The notes under the pieces are model-generated. The model saw nothing but the letters and a program-made list of their open reading frames with translations, was not told the DNA's origin and ran no database searches. 64,000 nt of DNA from an uncultured Candidatus Saccharibacteria bacterium (GTDB taxonomy: Bacteria; Patescibacteriota; UBA1384; DTJR01): assembly GCA_964473025.1 (NCBI GenBank), contig CAYYMZ010000001.1:24163-88162 (forward strand). The letters run 5' to 3'. Made by a program: the position numbers and the translations under genes. Of this stretch, positions 29,556-38,904 are shown in pieces. Numbering within the stretch: position 1 is the stretch's first letter; each line of letters starts with the position of its first letter.

Positions 29556-30707
29556 ATGGTTATGTCACGAAATCAAATCGCCCTTATTATTTTCTTCTTT
29601 TCACTTTTGGTTTTTATTTTATTTGCCCAGAAAACTTATCAGTATATGAGCTATTTCGTGCCTTTGGCTGATGCGATTTTGCACGGACGCATCGATGTTA
29701 GCCAAACAGGAGCGATGAATGAACTTGTGCCTTACGCCGGTAAATGGTTTGTGGTTTATCCGCCGATGCCGGCCATCGCCGTTTTACCGTTCGTTTTAAT
29801 CTGGGGGATAGGGTTTAACCAAGTAATTGCCTCGGTTGTATTTGCCGCTGCCGCCGTTGCCCTATTTTTTATCCTCACCACTAAATTCACCAAAAAATTA
29901 TGGGTTAGCTTGGCACTAACGGCGCTTTTGGCGTTTGGCACGAACTTTTTTTACACTTCGCTGATCGGCTCCTCTTGGTATATTGCCCATATTTTAGCGG
30001 TTTTCTTTTTAATTTGCGCCCTCCTTATGTCAATTAACAAAAAGCCGTTTTTGGGGGGTTTATTTTTATCTTTTGCTTTCCTGTCGCGCCTGCCAACAGC
30101 TCTGGCTTTCCCGATTCTGCTCTATTTTTTGCTTTCGAAGAGCAAAACCCGCTTCAAAATACTCTTTTGGTTCGCTCTGCCGATCGTCTCTGCTATAATT
30201 ATATTTGCACTATATAACGCACTGCGCTTCGGATCGATAACCCAGACCGGCTATTCGCTAATACTAGGGGTTTTACAAGAGCCGTGGTATCAAGAGGGGA
30301 TTTTTAATCTAAACTACATTCCGCGCCAACTGAATGCTCTGTTTTTGGTTTTACCTAAAATCACCAATAGCTTCCCTTACTTCCTACCATCTAGTGTTGG
30401 TATGGCATTATGGATAACAACGCCCGCTTTGTTGTTGCTGTTTTTGATTAAATTTAAAGATAAGGCCGTCGGGTGGTTCTTGCTGACCGCATTGCTCGTG
30501 GCAATTCCCAGTTTGATTCACGGCACGGTCGGATTTACCCAGTTCGGCTATCGTTTTTCTCTTGATTACATCCTGTTTTTACTGATTCCGCTCATTTTTG
30601 TGTTTGAGCGGATAGGCAAGTGGTGGACTTGGATTTTTGTCTCTTTAAGCATCGCTATCAATCTCTGGGTTGTAATTTTATTTTACTTGCACATTTTTTC
30701 AACGTAA
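29556..30707 (+). CDS. polytopic membrane protein (~11 TM), putative GT-C-type glycosyltransferase
   Basis: 383 aa almost entirely hydrophobic helices; no diagnostic motif. Confidence 0.4.
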   Translation: MVMSRNQIALIIFFFSLLVFILFAQKTYQYMSYFVPLADAILHGRIDVSQTGAMNELVPYAGKWFVVYPPMPAIAVLPFVLIWGIGFNQVIASVVFAAAAVALFFILTTKFTKKLWVSLALTALLAFGTNFFYTSLIGSSWYIAHILAVFFLICALLMSINKKPFLGGLFLSFAFLSRLPTALAFPILLYFLLSKSKTRFKILFWFALPIVSAIIIFALYNALRFGSITQTGYSLILGVLQEPWYQEGIFNLNYIPRQLNALFLVLPKITNSFPYFLPSSVGMALWITTPALLLLFLIKFKDKAVGWFLLTALLVAIPSLIHGTVGFTQFGYRFSLDYILFLLIPLIFVFERIGKWWTWIFVSLSIAINLWVVILFYLHIFST

Positions 30708-30747
30708 GATTGAATTTAGGGTGGTTTTAGAGTAGGATTATGGTCTT

Positions 30748-30822
30748 GCTCCCGTAGTTCAACGGATAGAATGTGGGCTTCCGGAGCCTATGATGTGGGT
30801 TCGATTCCCGCCGGGAGTACCA
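30748..30822 (+). tRNA. tRNA-Arg (anticodon CCG)
   Basis: 75 nt cloverleaf: acceptor GCTCCCG/CGGGAGT, anticodon stem TGGGC/GCCTA with loop TTCCGGA, T-arm GTGGG-TTCGATT-CCCGC, CCA encoded. Confidence 0.85.
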
Positions 30823-31023
30823 CTTCGCTAGGCTCAGTGTAAACTTAGAAAAGTGAAGGAAAGAAAGCTTGCTCTGAGGAGCAAAGCGACGATGAGCGCC
30901 CGTAGCTCCCTCCTTCAGACTCACCGTCAAATCTATTTCATAGTATTATGACGGTGTGTCTTACGGCGGGCAGGCAGCTGGATATTGGTCTGCTGACTAA
31001 TTGCCTGGGAGAATTTACAGTAT

Positions 31024-31099
31024 GTGCCTGTAGCTCAGTGGATAGAGCGCTGGTTTGCGGAACCAGAGGTCGGAGGTTCAAATCCTCCCAGGCATACCA
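31024..31099 (+). tRNA. tRNA-Arg (anticodon GCG as read from gene)
   Basis: 76 nt, GTAGCTCAGTGGATAGAGC D-arm, anticodon stem CTGGT/ACCAG loop TTGCGGA, T-arm GGAGG-TTCAAAT-CCTCC, CCA encoded. Confidence 0.85.
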
Positions 31100-31235
31100 T
31101 AAAAGATGTCGGCTGAAGTTTATCCGTCTCTGGCGGAGAGCCGAATCAAACCCTGCCTGCCCCTCGTAGCCAAAGGCGAAGTGGGGTCGGGCGTACCATT
31201 CGACTTGAACCGGCAACTTGTTTTTGTAAAAGAAA

Positions 31236-31268
31236 GGGCCTTACCACGCGTGCGGTAAGGCCCTTTTG
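31236..31268. terminator. bidirectional rho-independent terminator
   Basis: GGGCCTTACC-acgcgtgc-GGTAAGGCCC 10-bp stem followed by TTTTG on plus strand and TTTCTTTT on minus strand. Confidence 0.7.
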
Positions 31269-31289
31269 CTGTCCTGTCACGGTCTGCAC

Positions 31290-31532
31290 CTAGCAGACCG
31301 TCTCGGGGATATTGTCCGTGCCCTCCATGCACGGATCGCCGTCAGCCCTATGGTGCTTGAGCAGTCGCCAACTGAGAGCTTCATCTCCAGTGCAAGTGAG
31401 ATGATCCCCCACCGAGTCGAAGCCGCCGTGGTTTGCGGCTTGCTCGAGCTCCCGATCTTCCGCTCTTCGCAGCGGAAGGTCTGACTGATTGCAGAATCCA
31501 CAGGTTCCCTTCTTGCTTTCCGCTCCGGCCAT
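31290..31532 (-). CDS. small Cys-containing hypothetical protein (80 aa) in GC-rich islet
   Basis: strong SD AAGGAGGG 7 nt upstream of ATG; ends just before bidirectional terminator; GC-rich unlike neighbours. Confidence 0.5.
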   Translation of the reverse strand: MAGAESKKGTCGFCNQSDLPLRRAEDRELEQAANHGGFDSVGDHLTCTGDEALSWRLLKHHRADGDPCMEGTDNIPETVC

Positions 31533-31572
31533 ATTATCACCCTCCTTGGTATTTGGACAAGCGAAACATCAA

Positions 31573-31601
31573 AGCATATCAAAAAATTTTACAATAGTCA
31601 A
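31573..31601 (-). promoter_or_regulatory. sigma70-like promoter for small Cys protein gene
   Basis: minus strand TTGACT-17 nt-TATGCT. Confidence 0.4.
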
Positions 31602-31890
31602 TCGATATTCAGTTCTGCTATAATTAAATCGTACTTTTTTATTTGGTCGCAGATTCAGCAGATCCCGCGCCTATGTCTTTGACCCCTGTTGTAATGGGGA
31701 GGAGGCAAGCCAAGGCAGAGTGGGGCATACCCGGCCGGCTAGTTTCAAAACAAGGAGGGCTTTGCGAAAAGTTCAGTGTTGTTGTTTGTAAAAAAATCGT
31801 AAAAGCAAGAAGACACAATAAAAAAACAAAAAAACAAGACAAGAATCGACCCTTAATTCTTTATTCGATATTCGTTATTCTAAATTCTGC

Positions 31891-32490
31891 CTACTGTGCG
31901 TTCTCTATTTTAACCGAGGTCATTTTGTCGCCGACGGTGAGCTGTTTAGCAATATCCATGCCGGAGGTGACTTGGCCAAATAGGTTATAGGCCTTGGTCA
32001 GTTTGGTGGAATTATCAACGAGGTTAATAAAAAATTGTGAGCCGTTGGTATCGGGACCGGAGTTTGCCATCGCCACGGTGCCCTCGATGTATTCGCCTCG
32101 GACAGTTTCGTCTTTAAAACTATATCCAGGACCGCCGGTACCGTTTCCCTTCGGATCGCCGCCCTGAACAACGAATCCTTCTTCAACGCGGTGGAAAGTT
32201 AAACCGTCATAAAATCCTTTGTTTGCCAGATAAACGAAATTGCTAATTGTCAAAGGTGCCTTGTCGGCGGACAGGGCAATCTCGATTGTTCCTTTTGAGG
32301 TTTGAATAACCGCTTTTTTGTTTTGAATCTGCTCGTCGGCTAATTTACCCGGAAAACTATATTTGCCGGGCGTTGTACTCTCAATCACGTTTCCTCCTCC
32401 ATTAGTGTTTGTATTTTGCTCCGTTGTGCAACCGGTTAAACCGATTAAGGCAACAATAGCGGTTATGAATAAATAATGTGATTTTTTCAC
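31891..32490 (-). CDS. peptidyl-prolyl cis-trans isomerase, cyclophilin type, lipoprotein
   Basis: lipobox LIGLTGC after signal peptide; cyclophilin motifs FHRVEEGFVVQGGDP and GSQFFI; GTG start. Confidence 0.85.
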   Translation of the reverse strand: MKKSHYLFITAIVALIGLTGCTTEQNTNTNGGGNVIESTTPGKYSFPGKLADEQIQNKKAVIQTSKGTIEIALSADKAPLTISNFVYLANKGFYDGLTFHRVEEGFVVQGGDPKGNGTGGPGYSFKDETVRGEYIEGTVAMANSGPDTNGSQFFINLVDNSTKLTKAYNLFGQVTSGMDIAKQLTVGDKMTSVKIENAQ

Positions 32491-32695
32491 GACTCTTTAT
32501 TATAAATATTTATTTTGTCGTGCCCTTCCGAAGGAGGGCAATGTATTGACCTCGCAATTTGTAATTCTCAACAGACAATACAAATACGTGGATAAATTGA
32601 TTTAACCATAAATATGATTTTTCGCAACATCTAATTTGTAGTAGAATAGAAAGTATAAAAATAATCAAGGCCCATAACACCGAACCTTACTGTCA

Positions 32696-32727
32696 CCCCA
32701 ACACCCTTTGGTAAAAGGGTGTTGGGG
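32696..32727. repeat. perfect palindromic element CCCCAACACCCTT-tggtaa-AAGGGTGTTGGGG
   Basis: 13-bp perfect stem; same arms recur at 32766-32788 and split at 63288/63376. Confidence 0.8.
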
Positions 32728-32765
32728 ATGACAAGTAGCGGCTGGTGTCAGGGCTTCCGGTCCAT

Positions 32766-32788
32766 AACACCCTTTGTTAAAGGGTGTT
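32766..32788. repeat. second copy of AACACCCTTT/AAAGGGTGTT palindrome, 20 nt upstream of a start codon
   Basis: 10-bp stem with 3-nt loop; followed by SD GGAGG and ATG at 32810. Confidence 0.75.
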
Positions 32789-32809
32789 GGGACACGGAGC
32801 GGAGGAAAT

Positions 32810-33361
32810 ATGGAAATAGACGAGAAAACAAAAACACAAAGGAGAAATACGGTTATTTGGATCGTGGTTTTGTCGGTGGTTGTGTTGGCTCTGGCAGGAC
32901 TCTTGTATTGGCAGATACGCAATCTTAACGCATCAAAAAAACTGGCCAATGCCACCCCGACAGCAACGGCAACCGTCACCCAAACCGCGACTAAGACCGC
33001 AACTAAAACATCGACTGCAACGGTAACGAGCACCGCCGAAGATCGAACTCCCCAAGTCAGAACCGCGTCCGATGGTTTTCTTGGCGCCTATGTGGGAAGA
33101 AATTTGGCTGATGCCAAACCGTTTATGACCGATGGATTTTTCGCTTCTTGGACCCAAGAAGGTTTTGCCGGTGTTTCAAGTCCGGGGAGATTAAATTTCG
33201 AAGTTGTTGATATTTCAACCGGCGCTGGTCCCTGGCAGGTATTGGCCAAGGTCAATCTTCAGCTAAACGGTGAAGACGCCGGATATGAATCGTGGCGCCT
33301 CGATGTCGATTTGGTAGACGGTAAGTACCTCGTCAGTGCGATGAACGCTGCCTCGCTTTAA
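32810..33361 (+). CDS. hypothetical membrane-anchored protein with Thr/Ala-rich linker
   Basis: SD ggagg before ATG 32810; N-terminal TM VIWIVVLSVVVLALAGLL, linker TPTATATVTQTATKTATKTSTATVTSTA, C-terminal ~110-aa domain. Confidence 0.55.
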   Translation: MEIDEKTKTQRRNTVIWIVVLSVVVLALAGLLYWQIRNLNASKKLANATPTATATVTQTATKTATKTSTATVTSTAEDRTPQVRTASDGFLGAYVGRNLADAKPFMTDGFFASWTQEGFAGVSSPGRLNFEVVDISTGAGPWQVLAKVNLQLNGEDAGYESWRLDVDLVDGKYLVSAMNAASL

Positions 33362-34049
33362 CCTTGTTCTCTTCGGCTAGAATTTCTTTTAGAGTTTTTG
33401 AAACCTCTTGATACATTTTGATGCGGTTGCGGATGACATCTACCGGATCGGGGGTTTTATTTTCTTTAATAACTTGCGACAGGCCCTCGAGGACGACAAT
33501 AGCGCGGCGCGTTTTTGGCACGCTGCGGGTAATCAGCAAATCGACGCCAAAACGGCTCTTTTTGATCTTATCCATTGGGGGTAAGAATTTCTTATAAATT
33601 GCTCTCTGTCCCGAAATTCCCGGCCAGACGCGGTTGGCAATTTTTGTAGAAGTATATTTGTGCCATTTTTTTAAACTAAAAACGCCAAGCGACAAATCGG
33701 CTTCGCGGCTAAAGATGACAGGGGAGAGAATCTTCAAAATATGTTCTTTTTTTAGCCCGACCAAATCAGAATCAAGAAAAAGCAGAAGATTGTTTTGCGC
33801 CGCGCGAATTCCACTACCCATCGCCGAACCCTTGCCTTGATTTTCCTTGTGACGGATTAAGCGGATGCGCTTGTCGTGAAAACTTAAAATAATCTCGGGC
33901 GTTTTGTCAGTTGACCCATCGTCAACGACAATAATCTCATCAACAAAGTCACAGTCGCCAAGAACTTTCAAAACCCGCCCAATGTTCCTTGACTCGTTGT
34001 AGGCGGGGACAATGGCCGATACTTTTTCTTCAATTTTAATCATATCCAA
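33333..34049 (-). CDS. glycosyltransferase family 2
   Basis: AIVPAYNES..VVDDGSTDKT..LDSD GT-A motifs; 3' end overlaps convergent ORF by 29 nt. Confidence 0.75.
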   Translation of the reverse strand: MDMIKIEEKVSAIVPAYNESRNIGRVLKVLGDCDFVDEIIVVDDGSTDKTPEIILSFHDKRIRLIRHKENQGKGSAMGSGIRAAQNNLLLFLDSDLVGLKKEHILKILSPVIFSREADLSLGVFSLKKWHKYTSTKIANRVWPGISGQRAIYKKFLPPMDKIKKSRFGVDLLITRSVPKTRRAIVVLEGLSQVIKENKTPDPVDVIRNRIKMYQEVSKTLKEILAEENKVKARQRSSH

Positions 34050-34099
34050 ACACTCCGCTTTGTTTATAGCAGATTTTAAATCAATTTACAGCTGGAGGT

Positions 34100-34444
34100 T
34101 TAGATATTGAAGCTAGAGCCAAACTTGCCGATGACAGGAAGCTCGACTTCCTTGCCGCCTGCGGCGTTGACTATGCCCATGATAAAGAGAATCAAGAGCA
34201 ATATCCAAGCGATTCCCCCGATCATCCAACCAATAACAGGGATAGCGGTGATAACACCGACGATCAGATAGGTAATCAAGAGGACTAATCCTTGCTTGAT
34301 GTGAAACTTAACGAAAGGATCATTCTTTGCATCCGTTAAAAACGGAATCAAAACTAAAATGCCGAAATAACATAAAATTGCCATTCCGGTATTTTTTTGT
34401 CCCCCCGACGATGGCGCTGGTGATGGTTTTTCTTCTTCAGCCAT
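34100..34444 (-). CDS. DUF4870-family small membrane protein
   Basis: AILCYFGILVLIPFL..FVKFHIKQGLVLLI conserved DUF4870 core, two TM. Confidence 0.6.
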   Translation of the reverse strand: MAEEEKPSPAPSSGGQKNTGMAILCYFGILVLIPFLTDAKNDPFVKFHIKQGLVLLITYLIVGVITAIPVIGWMIGGIAWILLLILFIMGIVNAAGGKEVELPVIGKFGSSFNI

Positions 34445-34705
34445 TTAGCCTCCAAACTTAATTATTTTTATTTTCGACCAAACTCTCTTATTTAATGATA
34501 GCGGATTTGCACTCTAATTCAACCCGGTAGTAGAAAATCGACAGCCTTCCGGCTAGACGTAAACACCTCCTTGAGTTGGAAATGTAAACAAGCGATTATT
34601 TCACGATTTCATTTTACAAAAATTAAGTCGATTTTTCACTATCCGGGTCAATAAGTGGCGTCGATCCGCTCCTCTTAATTTAAGAGAAAGCCCCAACGTC
34701 CCTGA

Positions 34706-35233
34706 TTAGGGGACATCGGGGCGGAGAGGCCGCATCTTGCGGATATCGAGACAGTCGGGTGTCTCTACCTCTGGGTCGAGGGCCCTGGCGTATTCCTTCG
34801 CATCGGCGTGCCTGACGAAGAAATAGTGGTTACCATCTTCGTTTACCGGTGTGGCAACCCTCTCGTTCATGTAGACGCCAAACGAGCCATCTAGGGAACG
34901 GGTCAGGACTTGTGCATTGAGCAGAGCCCGGTTTACATTACGCAGATCTTCTTTAGTACCACACTTGAGCAACTGCACGTAGTTTTCCCAGTCAACCCAG
35001 ACAGCGCCCGAGTGGATTAGGTAGATCTTCTTCTTGGTACGTTTGCAGTAGCTGTGGTTTCGGAATCTGGCGATGCCTCTGCTTTCAGTGCAACGCGGAC
35101 ATTTCTCTCCGGACGCTACTCGGAATTCAACATCTCTGAGGTAGAAGATAATGATTTCCTCAAACGGTCCTGTTGCCCCGCAGATGGGGCACGAGAGTGA
35201 AGACGGAGCGTTTTTGATTTCTCCGATTGTCAT
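34706..35233 (-). CDS. zinc-ribbon-containing hypothetical protein
   Basis: CPICG..(20 aa)..CPRC four-Cys ribbon; elevated GC; start at internal Met with weak SD. Confidence 0.45.
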   Translation of the reverse strand: MTIGEIKNAPSSLSCPICGATGPFEEIIIFYLRDVEFRVASGEKCPRCTESRGIARFRNHSYCKRTKKKIYLIHSGAVWVDWENYVQLLKCGTKEDLRNVNRALLNAQVLTRSLDGSFGVYMNERVATPVNEDGNHYFFVRHADAKEYARALDPEVETPDCLDIRKMRPLRPDVP

Positions 35234-35320
35234 CCTGTACCCATCCTTTCGAGTTTCGAGCGTTAGGTGACACCGAACTAAAATTATCAAAGCGAACTTA
35301 CAAACGCAATAAAAAACTTC

Positions 35321-35965
35321 TTAATAGCGGTTAGGGGGGGTACCTTCGAAGTCGGGCTTACTCTGATCTTCTGGCGGTTCGGGAGTTTTTTCTTCCCTTT
35401 TTGGCTTCAATGTTTCAAAATCATCAACGAGTTCGCCAAATTCCTGAGGTAAATCAACAGTGCACTCGCGGACCGTCATTTGCGGTGCTTTGAATCCCTC
35501 GGGGCCGGTTTCGGACAGCCCAACTCTCCGTTTCGGGTCAATTTTTCCATCCTTGTATCTATAGTGGTAAAACGTTTCGGTCAGTCCGGCATCAGAGAGA
35601 TGCTGTTCAAGCTTAATATGTCCGGCTGTGTCGTAATTAGTAACGTGAGTGTCGCCGTTTGCACCGACGACAACGGTTCTAAATAATCTTGCCCGATCCG
35701 GGTAGTCAAGAACGAGAAAGCGGGAAACGTGCCCACCGTCTTCCAAATCGTGGCGCACACCGATGAGATGTCTCAGTTTGTCGTATTTTTTATATCCCTC
35801 CCACTGATAACGGTCGTCAAGCTCAAAATCATGTCTGATGTGGACTTTTGGCTTTCCCTCTTCGATAATTGGTTTGCCCTCTTTATCTACAAATCGAACC
35901 GTCTCAAAGGCGTTTTCAGGGAGGGGTCCTTTGCAAACTTTAAATTCCTCTTTCTTTTCTTCCAT
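35321..35965 (-). CDS. hypothetical protein (214 aa), acidic C-terminus
   Basis: long ORF in moderately GC-elevated segment; no motif. Confidence 0.45.
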   Translation of the reverse strand: MEEKKEEFKVCKGPLPENAFETVRFVDKEGKPIIEEGKPKVHIRHDFELDDRYQWEGYKKYDKLRHLIGVRHDLEDGGHVSRFLVLDYPDRARLFRTVVVGANGDTHVTNYDTAGHIKLEQHLSDAGLTETFYHYRYKDGKIDPKRRVGLSETGPEGFKAPQMTVRECTVDLPQEFGELVDDFETLKPKREEKTPEPPEDQSKPDFEGTPPNRY

Positions 35966-36003
35966 GTTTTAATCTTAGCGAAAATTTAAAATGTGGCAAA
36001 TTA

Positions 36004-36025
36004 AAATTGCCCAAAAGGGCAATTT
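36004..36025 (-). terminator. hairpin, possible terminator for UPF0182 gene
   Basis: AAATTGCCC-aaaa-GGGCAATTT perfect 9-bp stem ~90 nt downstream of stop on minus strand, T-rich flank. Confidence 0.4.
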
Positions 36026-36119
36026 CATGGCGGAGCTTCGAGATGCGGCACCCGAGAATATTTTCTGGCATATTATTTTGCGCTCGTCTTTAAAGAATTA
36101 CGCATATTGTTCAAGCCAA

Positions 36120-38849
36120 TTATTGCTTTAAAATCTCTCCCAAACGCCTGATGACCTCACCGTAGCGCGTCCAATCGCCGTCCTTTTGCGCTTGGAGGGC
36201 CTCTTCATACGCCGCCAGTGCTTTTTGTATACGCTCTTGAATATTTTGAGACGGGATCACTTGCGGTTTTGCCACCACGCCTTCTTGCGGTTCTGCTCCC
36301 GTTCTTTCATCACCAAAAATTTTAGACAGCCCCTGTTCCAGCGTCTCTTCCATGGCAATTTTATTTCCATACGCCACAATTACCCGTTTGAGCTCCGGAA
36401 TTTTACCGGCTTCGGCCTTAAGATAAAGCGGGCGCACATACAAAAGCGACTCTTCAATCGGAATAACCAACAGCGGGCCCTGAATTACCTGCGACCCGCC
36501 CTGACTCCAGAGCGTGATTTGCTGACTAATTTCGGGGTCTTGATTAATTCTGCCAATAACTTGCTTGGGTCCAAATACCAGCTTGTCTTTAGGAAAACGA
36601 TAGGCTAATAACTTGCCGTAGTTTTCTCCATCGTTGCGAGCAACCATCCAGGCGGACAAGTTGTCTTTTGCCCGGGGAGTAAATGGCAGCATCAAAATAT
36701 ATTCTTCTTGTTTCTCTTCCGGCAACTTCATAATGATGTGGCGCGGTTGCATTGATGAAACCCCGCCCGCGCGAGCTTCCCCCTCTCCTTCTGCAGCAAT
36801 AGCCGGAATTTCCCACTGGTCTTCTTTATTATAAAAAATCTGTGGATCATCCATGTGGTAGACCAAATACGCGGCGGTCTGCAGGGTAAAGATATCCTCC
36901 GGATAACGCAAATGAGAAACCAGGCTCTTGGGAATCTCTGACATCGGCCGGAATGTCCCGGGAAAAATTTTGCTATATGTTTTTATAATCGGATCCTCTG
37001 CATCCGCCTGATAAAAAACGACACTGCCATCATAAGCATCAACCACCACTTTTACCGAGTTTCTAATATAGTTTATATTACTGCCGTTTAACCGCGTAGG
37101 TTGCGAGTAAGGATAACGATCGCTGGTGGTATAGGCGTCGGCGATCCAATACACTTTGCCGTCGGCAATGACACTGTAGGGGTCTTTGTCAAAAGTCAAA
37201 AACGGCGCAATCTTGGCAATTCTTTCAGCAATATTACGCTGGTACATAATACGGCTCTCGTTCGTTATGTCGTTGGACAAAAGTATTTTAAGCGATTTAA
37301 ATTTCAAGGCGTAAAAGACGCGCCGCGCAAGTGAGTTTATTTCCACTCCGCCCTTGCCCTCATATGTTGCGTAGACATTTTCTTCGCCCTTGGGGTAGTC
37401 AAACTCGCGGGATTTTGTTTTAGTGATGACATAATCGTTAGTCAGCTCGCCGAAGTAGATTTCCGGGCGCGAAATTTCAAGCTCTTTGACATCCGATTTG
37501 GGCGGCAAGTCCTTCACAAACAAGACCGGCAATCCTTCCGGGGTAACTTGATTGACGGGCCCGGCCGCCATGCCGTATCCATGCGTAAATGTCAGCCGTT
37601 CATTAATCCAATTCCTATTTGGCAAACTGGCCGAAGCCAGTTCGCGCGGAGAGAGCATGATCTGGCGAATTTCTCCGTCTATGATATAGCGGTCATTGTC
37701 AACTTCGGCAAACTCGTAATATGTTCTGATTTCTTGTACCTGGGAAAAAGTCGACAAGAGTGGTTTCCTGTCCCAAAGCCGCACATTTTTAACCGTCAGA
37801 TTATTGTTTGCAATATCAGCCGCGGTAATTGGCTTGTCTCCCGAGATTTCTCGCTCTTCAATTTTGTCAAGCGCAAACGCCTGACGAGTAGCGGCAATAT
37901 TATGCTTAATGAACGGAGTCTCTTTTACCAGTTCATTAGGGGCAACCGCCAGTTTTTGGACAAAGAACGGAATCATCGCTCCGGCGAGTCCCACAATAAT
38001 GTAAAGAGAAATTGCTCCGATAAGCGGCGATAATTTTCCTTTCCAGGCCCAAAAGATGGCCGAAACTGCCGCAAGCGCAGCGGCGGCCATTGAGATCCAA
38101 AGCATGAATATTCTGACGGTTGCATCAGTGTATGTTGCGCCAAACACTAAACCGCCCTGGCTCGTCAGCAGCGTAAAGCGGGAGATGTAGATTCCGACGA
38201 CAATGATGGCCAGAAAAATGGCGAGCAGGATACCAAGATGGATTCGCGCTGCGCGGTCTATTCGCATTTGTTTAAATGATCGCAAGCTTGCGATATGAAA
38301 GCTACCGCGTAAAAAATATATGATCGCGCAGCCGGCAAGTGATAACAGAACGAGAAACTTTACCAGCCCTAATCCTGTTTGGAAGACCGGAAGAGAAAAA
38401 ATATAAAATCCGATATCCTTATTAAAGATGGGATCTGCCGCGCCAAAAGCCGTCCCTGAAATAAATTTCAATACCTCCTGCCAATTAGCCGCCGCTATAA
38501 GTCCGAAAAAAAGCGCGACTACCAAACTCAGCATAACGGCAAATTTCTTAACGACGCGACTGTCCACATTTACCAACTGACCGACTAAAGCTTGCGGTAA
38601 AACTGCTGTCCAGGAGATTTTTGAGCGGATCGCCAAAGAGAAGTTGACGAGCAAAAAACCGCCGACGGAAACTCCTGCCGCTGAAAACAAGATTATTCTA
38701 GTAACCAGGGACTTAATAAAGATTTGAGTGTGGCCAACCTCGGAAAACCACCACCAGTCAGTAACAAAAGCGACAATGCTTGAAAGAAAAACAAAAATAA
38801 CGAAAAACGTGATAATAACGGAAAGTTTTGTTGTTTTAAATCTATTCAT
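36120..38849 (-). CDS. UPF0182-family large membrane protein
   Basis: ~910 aa; 7 N-terminal TM helices then large soluble region with YWIADAYTTSDRYPYSQP motif recalled from UPF0182/COG1615; start set at internal Met MNRFKTT. Confidence 0.55.
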   Translation of the reverse strand: MNRFKTTKLSVIITFFVIFVFLSSIVAFVTDWWWFSEVGHTQIFIKSLVTRIILFSAAGVSVGGFLLVNFSLAIRSKISWTAVLPQALVGQLVNVDSRVVKKFAVMLSLVVALFFGLIAAANWQEVLKFISGTAFGAADPIFNKDIGFYIFSLPVFQTGLGLVKFLVLLSLAGCAIIYFLRGSFHIASLRSFKQMRIDRAARIHLGILLAIFLAIIVVGIYISRFTLLTSQGGLVFGATYTDATVRIFMLWISMAAAALAAVSAIFWAWKGKLSPLIGAISLYIIVGLAGAMIPFFVQKLAVAPNELVKETPFIKHNIAATRQAFALDKIEEREISGDKPITAADIANNNLTVKNVRLWDRKPLLSTFSQVQEIRTYYEFAEVDNDRYIIDGEIRQIMLSPRELASASLPNRNWINERLTFTHGYGMAAGPVNQVTPEGLPVLFVKDLPPKSDVKELEISRPEIYFGELTNDYVITKTKSREFDYPKGEENVYATYEGKGGVEINSLARRVFYALKFKSLKILLSNDITNESRIMYQRNIAERIAKIAPFLTFDKDPYSVIADGKVYWIADAYTTSDRYPYSQPTRLNGSNINYIRNSVKVVVDAYDGSVVFYQADAEDPIIKTYSKIFPGTFRPMSEIPKSLVSHLRYPEDIFTLQTAAYLVYHMDDPQIFYNKEDQWEIPAIAAEGEGEARAGGVSSMQPRHIIMKLPEEKQEEYILMLPFTPRAKDNLSAWMVARNDGENYGKLLAYRFPKDKLVFGPKQVIGRINQDPEISQQITLWSQGGSQVIQGPLLVIPIEESLLYVRPLYLKAEAGKIPELKRVIVAYGNKIAMEETLEQGLSKIFGDERTGAEPQEGVVAKPQVIPSQNIQERIQKALAAYEEALQAQKDGDWTRYGEVIRRLGEILKQ

Positions 38850-38904
38850 TATAACATCAACTTGAATGTAACAGCTTTTTTTTAAGTTGCAAACTTCAAA
38901 ATTC

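Noticed and set aside
31100-31235. Third tRNA downstream of tRNA-Arg(GCG)
   Set aside because: Contains a tRNA-Ser 3'-end-like word but no foldable T-arm/acceptor pairing; treated as a fragment
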